Assembly (NCBI RefSeq): GCF_009914755.1
Contig: NC_060925.1
DNA length: 64,000 bases
Direction: 5' to 3' (one strand)
DNA from: the human T2T-CHM13v2.0 reference genome, Homo sapiens
This document shows positions 16,847 through 32,303 of this stretch, in pieces (position 1 is the stretch's first letter; the number at the start of each line of letters is the position of its first letter). A program made the position numbers and the translations under genes. The notes under the pieces were generated by a model. The model did no database searches. It had not been told where the DNA came from and was given only the letters and a program-made list of their open reading frames with translations.

Positions 16847-17082
16847 AACTCACTGAACCTATGTACACCCTTCATTTAGATACTCTTGCAGGAAGATCCT
16901 CTCAGTCTTCAAGAAAAAGTGCCTACAGTGTGTCTTTAATATTGTTTTGAAGAAGTTGGCTGTTCTCTGTGGTGAACTGAGACGCACATTTGATGCATTC
17001 GTATTACTTGACACTAGAAATATTGAGAAGGGTATTAAAAGATGTGTTTCACATCAATTATAGCAAATACATCATCCTGAGA
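16847..17082 (-). repeat. Inverted repeat, right arm (inserted copy flanked by 21-bp direct repeats)
   Basis: Flanks GACTCTCCCTGCTCTATGTTG (16826-16846) and GACTCTCCCTGCGGTATGTTG (17087-17107). Confidence 0.92.
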
Positions 17083-18578
17083 CACTGACTCTCCCTGCGG
17101 TATGTTGTCAGCAGTTAGCAACCAGCCTGTACTCTGCATCTCTTCTACAAGAGTATGCCAGCTACATCATCTTATTGTATTATTATTACTATTATTATTA
17201 TTAGTTAAGGGCAGGGAGCATGTTTTCTTCAGCTTGTCTTCCTCTAGTAGGCCTAGGACATTCTTTGGGATATGACGGACTCCTAAGTGCTTGGTTATAT
17301 CTTATCTTTGCTCCTCCCCAACCTCCCAGTTCCACTAAGGATGTTTAATTAAGGCAGTGTGTTCTACACAGACTGCTTTTAAAATGTTCCTTCTTGGGCT
17401 TTGGTTGTTGTAAGTAGGTTGTTAGCCCCTGCAGGGCACAGACCGCATGGTCTGTTTCTTTTATATCCGAATGCAGAAAGTTGGTCAGAAGCTTTTCCCA
17501 GAGTTGCTGGCTGAGTCAGAAGTAGAAGATCCCTGGAATAAAAATGAGGAGAGCAGAGTGTGCCTCCAGTTTTGGCACTGCCACTTTCTAATCTTATGAC
17601 TTCGGGCAGACTCTAGAACCTTTTCATTCCTCAGTTTCTTTGAAGTTGTGATGATAAATCCTGCTCTGCCTACTTTACAGAGCTGACAGTAGATGCAGAA
17701 ATGCCTTTTACATTGTATAGCCCTGTTCAAATAAAATACTTTTTACTTTTTATAGTGTCAATGGTCACAGGCCCAATAAAACCCTAGTGCAAGGAGAGTT
17801 GATTTTACTTCTTCATTGTGCAAGAGGATTGCAACATTTGTTCTGATGGTGAATAAAAACTTACCCCCTAACTGCGGTGTCCATGTTTATCTAGGCTTGT
17901 GAGTTTTGCTTCTCAAGGTAAGAGGAGTATTTATAGCTAGTGTATGACTGCAAAGCTGATTCTACAAGCTTCACTTTTGATTAGCTACAGTGTGGAAGAA
18001 TATGTGGGAAGAGCGTGAGGGGATTAGTACAGCAATAATTGGAGAACATTAATGATTAATAAGTCCCCGACTCTCATTTAATGAATATTATTTTTGATGT
18101 GAATTTAATAAATATAGTAAAACAAATATGCAAGCCCTTTTTTTAAAAAAAAATTGAGGCTAGGAATTCTAGCAAGCAGTGTCTTAAATATTACCTTGTT
18201 GTTAAAATCTACTAAATTTAAGGAAAAAAACCCAAAACTTGGTGGATGAAGATATTTGAATCTGTGATTACCTTGCCTATTACCGTACTATTTCAAATGC
18301 TTTTAGATCCAACTTATGATTTCCTTCTTTTAAGTTGAACCAACATTTTTAATCACATTTACAAGTAGAGAGTATTTGAAGTATATCTTGATCATAATAA
18401 TAACAGGTAACATTTATTGGGTACTGTTAAGCCTGTTACAAAAATTGTTTCATTTAATTTTCACAGTAATCCTCGGAGGTAATGAGGATGATTATTTCCA
18501 ATTTCTAGATGAGGAAACAGGATTACCAGGGGTTATGTAACCTGTCTAAGGCCATACCTAGCATAATGGAGGCATCAG

Positions 18579-19138
18579 TGTTATCGGAAAGGGGTCCCAA
18601 TCCAGACCCTAAGAGAGGGTTCTTGGATCTTGTACGAGAAAGAATTCAGGGCAAGTCCTTAGAGTAAAGTGAAAGCAACTTTATTAAGAAAGTAAAGGAA
18701 TAAAGAAAGGCTACTCCATAGACAGAGCAGCCCCGAGGGCTGCTGGTTGCCCATTTTTATGGTTATTTCTTGATGATATGCTAAACAAGGGGTGAATTAT
18801 CCATGCCTCCCCTTCTTTGACCATATAGGGGAACTCCCTGATGTTGCCATGGCATCTGTAAACTGTCATGGCACTGGTGGGAGTGTAACATGAGGATGAC
18901 CAGAGGTCACTCTGGTCACCGTCTTGGTTTTAGTGGGTTTTAGCCGGCTTCTTTACTGCAATCTGTCTTATCAGCCTTATCAGCAAGGTCTTTATGACCT
19001 GTATCTTGTGCTGACCTCCTACTCATCCTGTGACTAAGAATTTCTTAACCTCCTGGGAATGCATCCCAGTAGGTCTCGGTCTCATTTTACCCAGCCTCTA
19101 TTCAAGATGGAGTCACTCTGGTTCAAACGCCTCTGACA
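18579..19138 (-). mobile_element. ERV1 solo LTR, MER41A-like, inserted in a MIR
   Basis: Minus strand starts TGTCAGAGGCGTTTGAACCAGAG and ends GGACCCCTTTCCGATAACA; 560 bp; 4-bp TSD TCAG/TCGG; lacks the GAS-containing segment. Confidence 0.9.
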
Positions 19139-19455
19139 TCGGGATTGAGATCCAGGAAGTAGCTTCTGTTGCTTAAGCTATGGCTGCAATCCCATGCCTC
19201 CCCACATGGGTGTACTTCATGAAGTCAAGGTACAGAGTCCACGTGTTTTCAGGGGAAAGGAATAGGCAGAAAATAAGGAACACTTTCCATCCTATAAAAG
19301 AATGAGAGAATTCTTCATGGTTATACTATTCTAGATTTCTTCAGTTCTGCATAATTAGGTATATAATATGTAATATGTGTGATCAATGACATGGGCCTTT
19401 CCTAGATAAAGATAACGTGACCTTTGACAAGACACCTAACATCCTTAGGCCTGCA

Positions 19456-19753
<298 letters not shown>

Positions 19754-20515
19754 CAGGCCTGCATTTTCTAGTTCAGAAAATGATATTAGAGGCTGGGTTT
19801 GAAGGACAGGAAGATGGCCCCTCCCACTGAGTCTTTTATTTGGGTGGAGGGAGGAAAGGGAGCAGAAAGAGCCCAAGAAACTTTGCCCGTCTCCTGCCCT
19901 TATCTTTATAGAGTTATAAATTTCTCAGAAACTAGCATTTATATACTTATAAAGTTTATAGCAATCTGTGCTATAGAGATGATTTTATCAGCTTTTGAGA
20001 ATTTTCTCCACTTGCAGTGTTGCTGCACCTGCTGGGGGTGTGTTCTCTAGGCAGTGTCAGAGCCTAACTCTTCCTTTATGGGGATTGCACTTGCGTTTTC
20101 CTGATAAGTGACCCTGGGACAGTGTGTGCTTCTGAAGGCCTCCCTGGCTGACCCTGTGGTCCGGGCCCTAGGGACTGACCTTCTAGCTGGCACCAGCTCC
20201 TGCTGTGAAATGGCTGCTGCCCACAGGCAGTGTTTTGTGAGCTGTTCATTCAGCAGATAGATTTTTGGCAAATTGACTTAGTGCTGTTTTGCAAAGAGTA
20301 GGAGCTCAGGAAATATGGTTGAATAAATAAACGTAAGCAAATATGAAGTAAAATGCAGGCTTGAATAGCTGGACACTTGAAAAAGTTAAAATTACTCTAG
20401 GGCCAATGATTTTCATTTATTGGTGTGGTTGACATGTCTGTCTAGGAACAGTGATTTGACCAAGGAGTAGAGTGAGGGGACTGGGGGATACCTTGACTGG
20501 GGGATACTGTGGTCA

Positions 20516-20974
<459 letters not shown>

Positions 20975-21982
20975 TTAGTAGGTGAGTGTCTCCTGATTAA
21001 ATTCTCAATTATCAAATGCAGGAAGAGAAATAAAAGTTCATGTCTCTGTCCACTCCCCCTGACCTGGTTGGTCAAATTACATTCCTTGAACAGAAAAGGA
21101 GTTCAGTATAGTCCAGCTGGAGTGTGTGTCCTGGAAATAACAAAAACTGTTTGCCTTCCCACCACAGCGATTTTGACTCTTTAATAAACTGTGTTCGTAT
21201 CTCTTGGTTTTGCAAAATCAGGAACATGCTTTGTTTAGTTTTGTGATCTTGAATTTTCACATGATTTTTGTGTCACATATTTCTGTGTAAGTAAATGTTT
21301 TTAATAGTGTGATTTAAGATATTTTATTGTGAAAGTGGAATATACACACTCAGAGAATTACAATGAATTCCCATGAATCCATTACTCAGCTTCAGTAATC
21401 ATCAATATTTTCAATGCCATAATAGTTTTATCAACCCTTTTTTTCCACTTCTACCCCATGCCACCTACTTTTTTGTGAAATAATTTAAAACAAGCTCCAG
21501 ACATCATGTTATTTTAATATCAAATATGTATCTCAAAAATGGACTTTTAAAGTATGCTACAATGTCATTCTTTATATTGAAAGCAAATAGAGTAAGTTGT
21601 TCAATATTACCTGGTAACTAGTCCATCCTCAGAACTCTCTGATACTCTAGAATGGATGCTAGGTGCAATCTGACAGTTGAATTGGTTCATGCTGAGTTCT
21701 CCTTTCTTTTGTTCCAGAGGCTGGGGGACAGCAGGAAAGCTCGATGGGGGATGCTGTGTACTTTATGATCACCCCCAGCAGGGGCCCACCATGTCTGGCT
21801 TTCTCAGTTGTCCTGAAGCTGTGAATGATCCCTGGGTTTGGGGCTGACAGCTTGATCCTTTCTTTGCAAGAGTTTCAATTGACCTTTTCTCTAATGGATT
21901 TTCCATCCACTTGCTGTTCTTTAAGTGAACCCATTATTTCATTAGGGATTGCAAAATGGTGATTTTCTAATTATATCATTTG

Positions 21983-22281
<299 letters not shown>

Positions 22282-22999
22282 AATTCTATCATTCCTTTTG
22301 CACATTTTGGCTGGAATTTTTCTGTATTGAAGACTTTATTCACTAGGTATGGTTGTTACCCTGAAATACAGTTCTTTCTAGAAAGGCAGCATAAATGCCT
22401 CATTATTTCCTATTCTGTTATCAGTGCCCTAGCATTCTTCAGTGATAGCTGATGTTTTATTTTTCTGGTTTCTTTAAATATATTTAATATGTTTAAATCA
22501 ATTAAGTGATTATTCTTTCTGTAATAGCATGGCTTTTAATGGCTGTATAGTTAGCAGTCATGTGTATAAAGCTATCTTTTTTTATTTATGTCTGTATTGT
22601 TGGACATTTTAGTTCCTTTGAATTTTGGTACTATTAATAATCTATTTGTTATAGTACCAGGAACTGTGATAAATACTTGACATGCATTATCTCATTTAGT
22701 CATCATAATACTCCCATGATGCATCACTCTGAGGATACCTCTGAATATTTACCTAGAATAGCTTTTATAAAGTTGAATTTCTGGGTCAAAGGGGTGAATT
22801 TTTAAAGATCACTGACACACATTGCCAAATTGCCCCTTAAAGCTTTCCTTGTCGGTGCTGATGCCCACTTCTGGGTTTTGGGATACCTTGAGTTCAGGTT
22901 GAGGGACACTGGAGGAACAAAACTGGTAAACCTGCTGGTTTGGTGGTTCTTTGAATTCTCATCTTTTTCCCCAGTCCTCCTGCTATTACAATACAGTCT

Positions 23000-23548
23000 T
23001 GTCACAGAGCCAACCCCAAAACTGGGGTTCTGCCTGGGAGAAAACATGGGTTCTTGGCTTCCCTCAGGAAGCAATTCAAGAGGGAACCACAGAGCAAAGG
23101 GAAAGCAAGTTTATTAAGAAAGTAAAAGAATAAAAGGGTGGCTACCCCATAGGCGGAGCAGCCCTGAGGGCTTCTGACTGGCTATTTTTATGGCTATTTC
23201 TTGATCATATGCTAAACAAGGGGTGGATTACTCGTGAGTTTTTTTGGAAAATGACAGGAGATTCCCAGAATTGAGGGCCCCTCCCCCTTAAAGAACATAC
23301 AGGGCAACTTCCTGAGGTTGCCATTGTATTTGTAAACTGTCCTGGCGCTGGCGGGTCCATGCTAACGATTCCTTTAGTATGCTAATGATTATCTTTGGCA
23401 TATAATGAGCAGTGAGGACAACCAGAGGTCGCTTTCATCACCATCTTGGTTTTGGTGGGTTTTGGCTAGCTTCTTTTTCACATTCTGTGTTATCAGTGGG
23501 TCTTTGTGACCTGTATCTCAGGAAAGCAGTCTTGTGGAGCTCCGCTCT
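23000..23548 (-). mobile_element. ERV1 solo LTR, MER41 family (more divergent subfamily)
   Basis: Shares TTTATTAAGAAAGTAAA...ATGCTAAACAAGGGGTG...ACCAGAGGTC...TCTTGGTTTT blocks with 18579-19138; probable TSD GTCT/GTCT; retains GAS-region segment. Confidence 0.8.
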
Positions 23549-23931
23549 GTCTTCAGAGGCTTCACGTAGCTGCCCCAACTGCCCCATGCATTCCGTCCAG
23601 GTATGGGGCCCCTTCTTCCATACTCTGTTAGTGCGTTCACAAAGGTCTGCCCGGTTTCAAAGAATGGGGTATTTAGAGACTGGGCGAGATTATGGGAGAG
23701 AATATAGAAAGAGTTGAGAGAATAAGCTGTGGGGTGAGCCAGGAAGCACTCCGACATTGCCGTGTTGGGTAGAGAAGCCATTAAAAGGGACTTGGGAGAA
23801 AATGGCTAGCGAGTTAGAGAAAATAGGGGAAGGGAATATCATGAGCTGAGAGTAAAATGCTTTAAGGAGTAGGAGTAAATCAGTGAAATTTTTCTGAAAG
23901 ATAAACTAAGTAGGATGAAGACAGAAATGTT

Positions 23932-24090
23932 GGCTGGGTGTGGTGGCTCACCCATGTAGTCCCAGCACTTTGGGAGGTTGAAGCAGGAGGATTGCTTTTG
24001 TCCAGAAGTCTGAGGCTGCAGTGAGTTATGATAGGGCCACTGCATTCCAGCCTGGGTGACAGAGGGAGACCTTATCTTTAAAAAAAAAAA
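23932..24090 (+). mobile_element. Alu monomer / internally deleted AluJ
   Basis: Left-arm start fused to right-arm end, poly-A. Confidence 0.8.
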
Positions 24091-25049
24091 ATGGAAACAA
24101 AAAGTTATTGATACCATGCTGCCCAGCAGCTTCTGGCACATCATGGGCATGGAAATCAAATTAGAGCAGACTGAGCAAGGAGGGAGAGGTAGCAAACGTA
24201 GTTAATTCCGGTTAGTAGTTTTGATGTGAAGGGAAGCCAAGAAATGGAATCGTAGCTGGGAGCGGAGAGTGATGTGGCTCAAGGGAGGATTTGTTCTTTC
24301 GGTTTTTTTTTTAAAGCATGTTTGTGTGATACTGGGAATGTCCAGCAAAGAGGGAGGTGTTTGTGTTTCAGGAGAGAAGGGATAGCCAAAGAAGTGAGAT
24401 CTTGGCACGCAATAAGGAATTCAGCTCAGAACACAAGGGAAAGAACTTGCTCTTGTTTGTCACAGGGCCTCTTTCCATTGTGAGGAAGACAAGTGTGAGC
24501 ATTTTTGCATATTTGGAATTTGTCTCAGATTCTTCCATTGTCTCAGTAAATCATTTGACAATATCATCTCATCATTGGGAAGAACGGGTCAGGTGGGGAG
24601 AAGATTGTTTAAACATTGTATTGGAGTGGAAGCTTACATGAGAACCCACAGCAGTGTTGGCCTCCTTGAGGTATATAGCTGTGCACTGAAAGTCAAGACA
24701 GACAACACCTGTGTGGCTTTCTTTTACAATGTTCAGTTGTTCAGGTGCAGGCAAAGAGAAAGTGGATGGCTGCGCCGAAACAGGTCGTGGTTTCACCTGA
24801 CAAGCGTGGTGGAGGGAGAGAGGGATAAGAAAGCTGAAGTGTTTGAAGTATGTAATTATAGTGATAGAACATGGAATTTAAGCCGCTGAGGAAGGAAGTG
24901 ACACAGCACGAGTGATGGATTGTGCAACAGTAGTAGGGACAACTGATTCAAGGTCAGCATGCTGGATGGAGCAGTAGAAGGGGTTCTAGAGTAAGAGCCT
25001 AAAAGTAGAAGGTAGTTCTCAGGAGTTAGATGCTGCATTCAGGCATTTG

Positions 25050-26300
25050 TACATAGATTCATTGATGATCGAAAAATTAATTGATTATCCCGTCTTTGCC
25101 AGCCACTCCTTGAGGTCCTGAGTAGAAGGTGGTAAACACACAGCAGGGACTGCTGAAATGGAGTTTACGCTCCAGGAGTAGGAGACAGATCACAGACTTA
25201 CATAAATTCAAGGGCTAAGCTCTCTGAAGAATAAAGTGGATAATGGGAACAAGAGTAATGGGGTGTGCTCCTTCAGAAAGGGTATTAGGAAGTTCTCTCA
25301 GTGAAAGTGACCACTGACCAGAGACCTGAATGAGATGAAGGAGTGAGGGAGTCATTGATGTATGCAGAAGAAGAGTGTTCTAGTGCAAAAGTCTTCATGG
25401 TGAGAGTGAGCTCAGTGTGTTTGAGGAGGAGAAGGCCAGTAGGCAAGAGTGGTGAGAGGTGGGAGGTAGGGAGGTGGCTCTCTTGCATCTGGTGAGTGTT
25501 GCGGGGGTTGTGACTGATTGGGGCTGTTGCCTTGGGTTATAAAATAATTTACTGAAACAGTAGTGAGGTGAAGAATGCAAGTTTATTAGAGAGTAAGTAC
25601 GTTGCAAAGGGCAATGGGTAGCACAGCAGAGAAGGGGCTGTCTGCCAAGAGACAGGGGCTGGGGGAAAGTTTGATAGGGTCCTGCTTGTGGGGCCACTGT
25701 GCAAATAAAATGACGCTGCTGGGGCTGCATGCAGAGTGAGGTGTCTGGGAACAGGATAGTGTGCAAGCAGGTTGTTTGTGGTTAGCAGTCACTCAGAACA
25801 ATTGTTCTCCCCCACCCGGGACCCCCCTTCCTCGTTGTTGCTAACTTACCTATCAGGACTGCACAGTGAGGGATTTGATTTTACTCTGAGGGTGATGGGA
25901 ACCCACTGGAGAGTTTGGAGTAAACTTTGGAATTGATCTTCTGGAGGTTGTACGGTTCCTGATAGTGACCAATATGAGGCTGTGAGATGGGAATGGGTGG
26001 CTGTTTTGTGGTGGAGAAAATGTTAGCTGGAGGCAAGGGGATCAAGGTCTCGGGCGAGGTATCCTCCTGAGCAATGGTTTGCTCTCCATGTGGATGTCCA
26101 AATCACTAAGAATGATAGGAGCAGAGGTGGAACGTGGGGCAGTGAGGCAGGAGGTGAGTTATTTAGTGAATGACGAAGGGAGGGAATAACTAGAGGTTAG
26201 TGGATGGCAGAAAGGAGGAGGGATAGTAGGGTCTAGCCAGTGGCAGGAATTTTCAGAAAAGCTCATGGTTTTGAAGGAGAATAAATCATCTGGAAGTGTT
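25050..26300 (-). mobile_element. Fragmented L2 LINE, interrupted by an LTR
   Basis: Purine-rich degenerate L2-like blocks (GAGACCTGAATGAGATGAAGGAGTGAG; TTTGATTTTACTCTGAG). Confidence 0.5.
25497..25865 (-). mobile_element. ERV-type solo LTR (family not assigned)
   Basis: TG...CA termini, perfect 5-bp TSD GTGAG (25492-25496 / 25866-25870), AATAAA on minus strand at ~25582-25587. Confidence 0.8.
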
Positions 26301-26372
26301 CATGGGGAACAAGGATGTTACCCACGTTTTTTGCCTCAGATGTGAAGGATTTGACTTAAAATGCCTCCACCT

Positions 26373-26669
<297 letters not shown>

Positions 26670-26769
26670 GTGCCTCCACCTGAGACGATTGCAGGGCGAG
26701 GATATCCTCAAGGGAAAGCCTAGTTATCACTAAAGAAGGAGGTGAAGTTTCTTTAGAGAGAGGTTAGGC

Positions 26770-26930
26770 CTGGGGTTCTCAGCCTGGGGTTATTTTTGCC
26801 CCCTGCCCCAGGAGACACTTGGCAATGTCTGGAGACATTTTGGGCTGTTACAGCTGGGGGCGAGGTGGCTGTGCCACCGCCATCCAGTAGTAATGGCCAA
26901 GGATGCTGCTAAAAGCACAGGATAATTTCC
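26770..26930 (+). mobile_element. MER20-like hAT MITE (partial)
   Basis: GGTTCTCAGCCTGGGG...TTGGCAATGTCTGGAGACATTTT...GGATGCTGCTAAA. Confidence 0.75.
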
Positions 26931-27594
26931 CCCACTACCGCTAAACACGGAAATACCAGGCCCAGGGTGATGATAGGGTTGTGGTACAGAGACCCTTGAT
27001 TAAGGATTTCGGGGCATATGCTTTCATGGAAGTAGAGTTCCAGCAGGTCATCATTTTCTCTCCTCCACACTGTTCTGGAACTCCTTTGATAATTTTTGGC
27101 TGGATATGCACGTACACATTTACCTTCAGTCACACACATGCAAGATCCTGCTGACCTTATTTTTTGTCATATACATTATCTGAGCGGTAGGAAAGAATTA
27201 GTCTTAGGGCTATTTTCAGTAATTCGGTAACATGAATACAACAATATACTGTTATGATAATTAATCACTTGAGAATTGAGGGATGCCATTTCCTAGATAT
27301 TTAGTTCCAGTTAGATGCAGGCAAACTGAAGTTCTGTAGGGGAAAAATTTGTTATTTCCCCTCCAAAAAATCCTGGGAGACCAAAGAATGTTCTCTAATG
27401 ACCAGAAGAAATGGAGAAAATAGAGAGATCTCTTGTGTCCTGCTTTGTCACTCGAAATATCAAAGGCAGCTTTTGAGATTAGTTTTGTTTTATAGACAGA
27501 AATACAAAGAGGCATAACAACTGCATGACTAGTATCCTGGTAGAATGGAACATTTAGACATTTGAAATGTAGTTATTGTAACTGAAGTATAGAC

Positions 27595-27755
27595 TTGGCC
27601 TGGTTTTGCAAAGCCTGGAGCTAAGAATGGTTTTTACATGTTCAAAGTTGCTCAAAACAAAATTAAACCAGTGAAAAATATGCGACAGAGACCTTACGTG
27701 TGGCTCATAAAGCCTAAGATACTTACTATTTGGCCCTTTACATAAAAAGTTTGAT
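27595..27755 (-). mobile_element. MER58-family hAT MITE fragment
   Basis: GAGCTAAGAATGGTTTTTACAT...AAAGCCTAAGATACTTACTATTTGGCCCTTTACATAAAAAGTTTG. Confidence 0.7.
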
Positions 27756-28124
27756 GGTATAGACTGATAAATCATTTCCAGTTCTGACTATGATATGAAT
27801 GAATCTATCACAGAATCATAGCATTGTATTTATTCAGAAATCCTGAAAATATTTATTGATGCTTTTTATGTGCAAGTGACCAAGTTTGCAAGGTAGATGC
27901 TGGCCATCAGCAAGTTTATATGTCAGTGAGGAAGGTCAACTTTAAACAAATGATTGCATAACTAATTAGATAAAATAATTAATTACACAAAGAAACTATG
28001 AAGGGTTCCAAAAGAGCATGGAAGGGGATTACTGAAGACTTTTCTGGATAACAGTTGATCTAAATTTGAAGAAAGAATCTGCTAATTAGAAGGAGGAGAA
28101 ATTGTGGCCCTGGAAGGGACCCTA

Positions 28125-28502
<378 letters not shown>

Positions 28503-28671
28503 TTAAGGCCTATATCTATGACTCTGCACTCTCGCTAACATTAGAACCAACTGACAACCAGTAGAAAACTGATGCCTGAGCCCGGCTTCCAGCAATTCTG
28601 TTCTCCCCAGGTGATCCTCAGTTTCAGCCAAGATTGAGAACCCCTGGGCTAGGTGGACCCAGGCCCTCTAG

Positions 28672-29012
<341 letters not shown>

Positions 29013-29057
29013 CCAGTGTCTTCTTATTATGCCTCTCTTGCCTTTTTTTAGGGAAAT

Positions 29058-29060
<3 letters not shown>

Positions 29061-29091
<31 letters not shown>
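29061..29091 (+). repeat. Poly-A run (31 nt)
   Basis: Uninterrupted A31. Confidence 0.9.
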
Positions 29092-29095
<4 letters not shown>

Positions 29096-29386
29096 TTAAG
29101 TTCAGACCTATGCTAGAGTTATATTTCTGAGGAGCATCTGAGAGAAATGTGAATTTTTATCCCTTTTCTGGGTGACTTATTTTTATTTTGCTGGCCAGCT
29201 CTCTTCTTGTGGGTTGGTGCCTTTGCTTGCCTCTTCGTCTCTTCATTCTCTGTCCCCGCCATGATGGACACTGTGAATGTCAGTCACTGATATTTCTGAG
29301 TCTAAATGGCGGCATGATGCGTTACGAACTGCTTCCTTCGAGAACCATCTGCAATTAAATTCAAGCAGTTTAGCCTTTTGGATCCA

Positions 29387-30225
<839 letters not shown>

Positions 30226-30472
30226 AAAATCTTAGATGGAAGCTGTATAGCCCATAACTTCGCCTGTTGTCTTTTGAGGCAGGAGGTATTTAGGGGGATG
30301 AGAGAGCAAACCAGTTCTGCAGTTTTTTATGTGGTAACTCTGGCCTCAGACTACAGAGCTTTCTCCTAGCTTGAGAGGCTCCTTTCTGCGCTGTCAGTAG
30401 CCTTGGAAACGGTGTTGTTCCCTGGCAGTGTTTACCCAGCCGCTGTCCCCTGGCGAGTTCAGAGCCAGGTGA

Positions 30473-30706
<234 letters not shown>

Positions 30707-30979
30707 TGAGGCAGATTTGCTGTGGAAATAGCAGCTACGATGTGTATCTGCCCAGTCACCCTATAATTTAAAAACAACATGTGATTCAAGCATTTTTTTT
30801 CCTTAGGTGCTCAACAGCTCGGTATGTCTGTTTGTACACAAAAAAAAAAAAAAAAAAAAAGAAAGAAAAAAAACTAGCGTATTAAGTACATTCGCCAAAC
30901 CTCCTTTTCTTGACAGATGGTCACTCAAGAGTTCTCTAGCCTGCTTTAATCAACGATGATTTTAAAAATTGATTTCTAA

Positions 30980-31530
30980 ATTATTTTTAATTGTGGTAAA
31001 ATACAGACAACATAAAATTTACCTCTGTAACCATTTTTAAATGTACCGTTTAGTGGCATCAAATACATTGACGTGGTTGTGCATCCACCACCACCATCCA
31101 TCTTTAGAACTCTTTTTTATCATCCAAAATAAACCCTGTACCCATTAAACAATAACTCCCCATCCTCCTCTTTCCCCAAGCCCCTGGCAACAACCATTCT
31201 CTTTCTGTCTCTATGAATCTGACTATGCTAGGTAGCTCATATAAGTGGAATTATACAGTATTTGTCCTGTTTGTGGCTGACTTATTTCACTTAGCATAAT
31301 GTCCTTGAGATTCATCCATGTTGGAGCATGTGTCAGAATGTCCTTCCCTTTTAAGGCTGAATCATATTCCATTGTATGTATATGTTGCATTTTGTTTATA
31401 CATTCATCCATCAATGGACATGTGGGTTGTTTCCACCTTTTGCTGTAATGCTGCTATGAATATGGGTTCATAATGAGTGAATAATGCCGCTATGAACATG
31501 AGGTACAAATACCTCTTCAAGACCCTGTAA
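30980..31530 (-). mobile_element. L1M (L1MB-like) 3' UTR fragment
   Basis: AAGCCCCTGGCAACAACCATTCT...CTTATTTCACTTAGCATAATGTCC...CATTCATCCATCAATGGACA. Confidence 0.85.
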
Positions 31531-31994
31531 TCAGCGATGATTCTAAAGTGGCTGTAAGTCCATATGTATGACTTGGCTGGTCGTAGGCATTCCTTCAGAA
31601 GCAGCTCCACGGGGCACAGTTATTCTTCCCAGTGGGCCGGAGGTTTCCATGGGCCCTACGATGCTATTTTGTGCGTTCCTAACTCATGTTTGTGTGAAGT
31701 ACGGACGTGAAGCAGCATTGTCTGCTTCATCCCCAGCTCCCATTCACCAAGAGAGTTAATACTGTACAACAGTAATTCACCAGGCATATTCACAATTCAT
31801 AATGAATATGAACACAGCTGGATTCTCATTGTCAAGGCAGAGTATTGCCAGTCGTTCTCAGGTATGTGGTATGTGTGTGGCATTGGTTGGGATGAGTACG
31901 CCTCTAAAACCCAGATGTGTAAGAATTCTCGTGGATGAAATTCTCATAACAAAATTGAAGGTTGGCTCACTTGTGCAGAGCCCAGGATTTTTAG

Positions 31995-32303
<309 letters not shown>

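Noticed and set aside
25795-25808. Steroid-receptor element AGAACA-TGTTCT
   Set aside because: Spacer is 2 nt; GRE/ARE/PRE need 3
29256-29312. Box C/D snoRNA (ATGATGG...CTGA with terminal stem)
   Set aside because: Imperfect box C, only ~40 nt from C to D, and box D not adjacent to the stem
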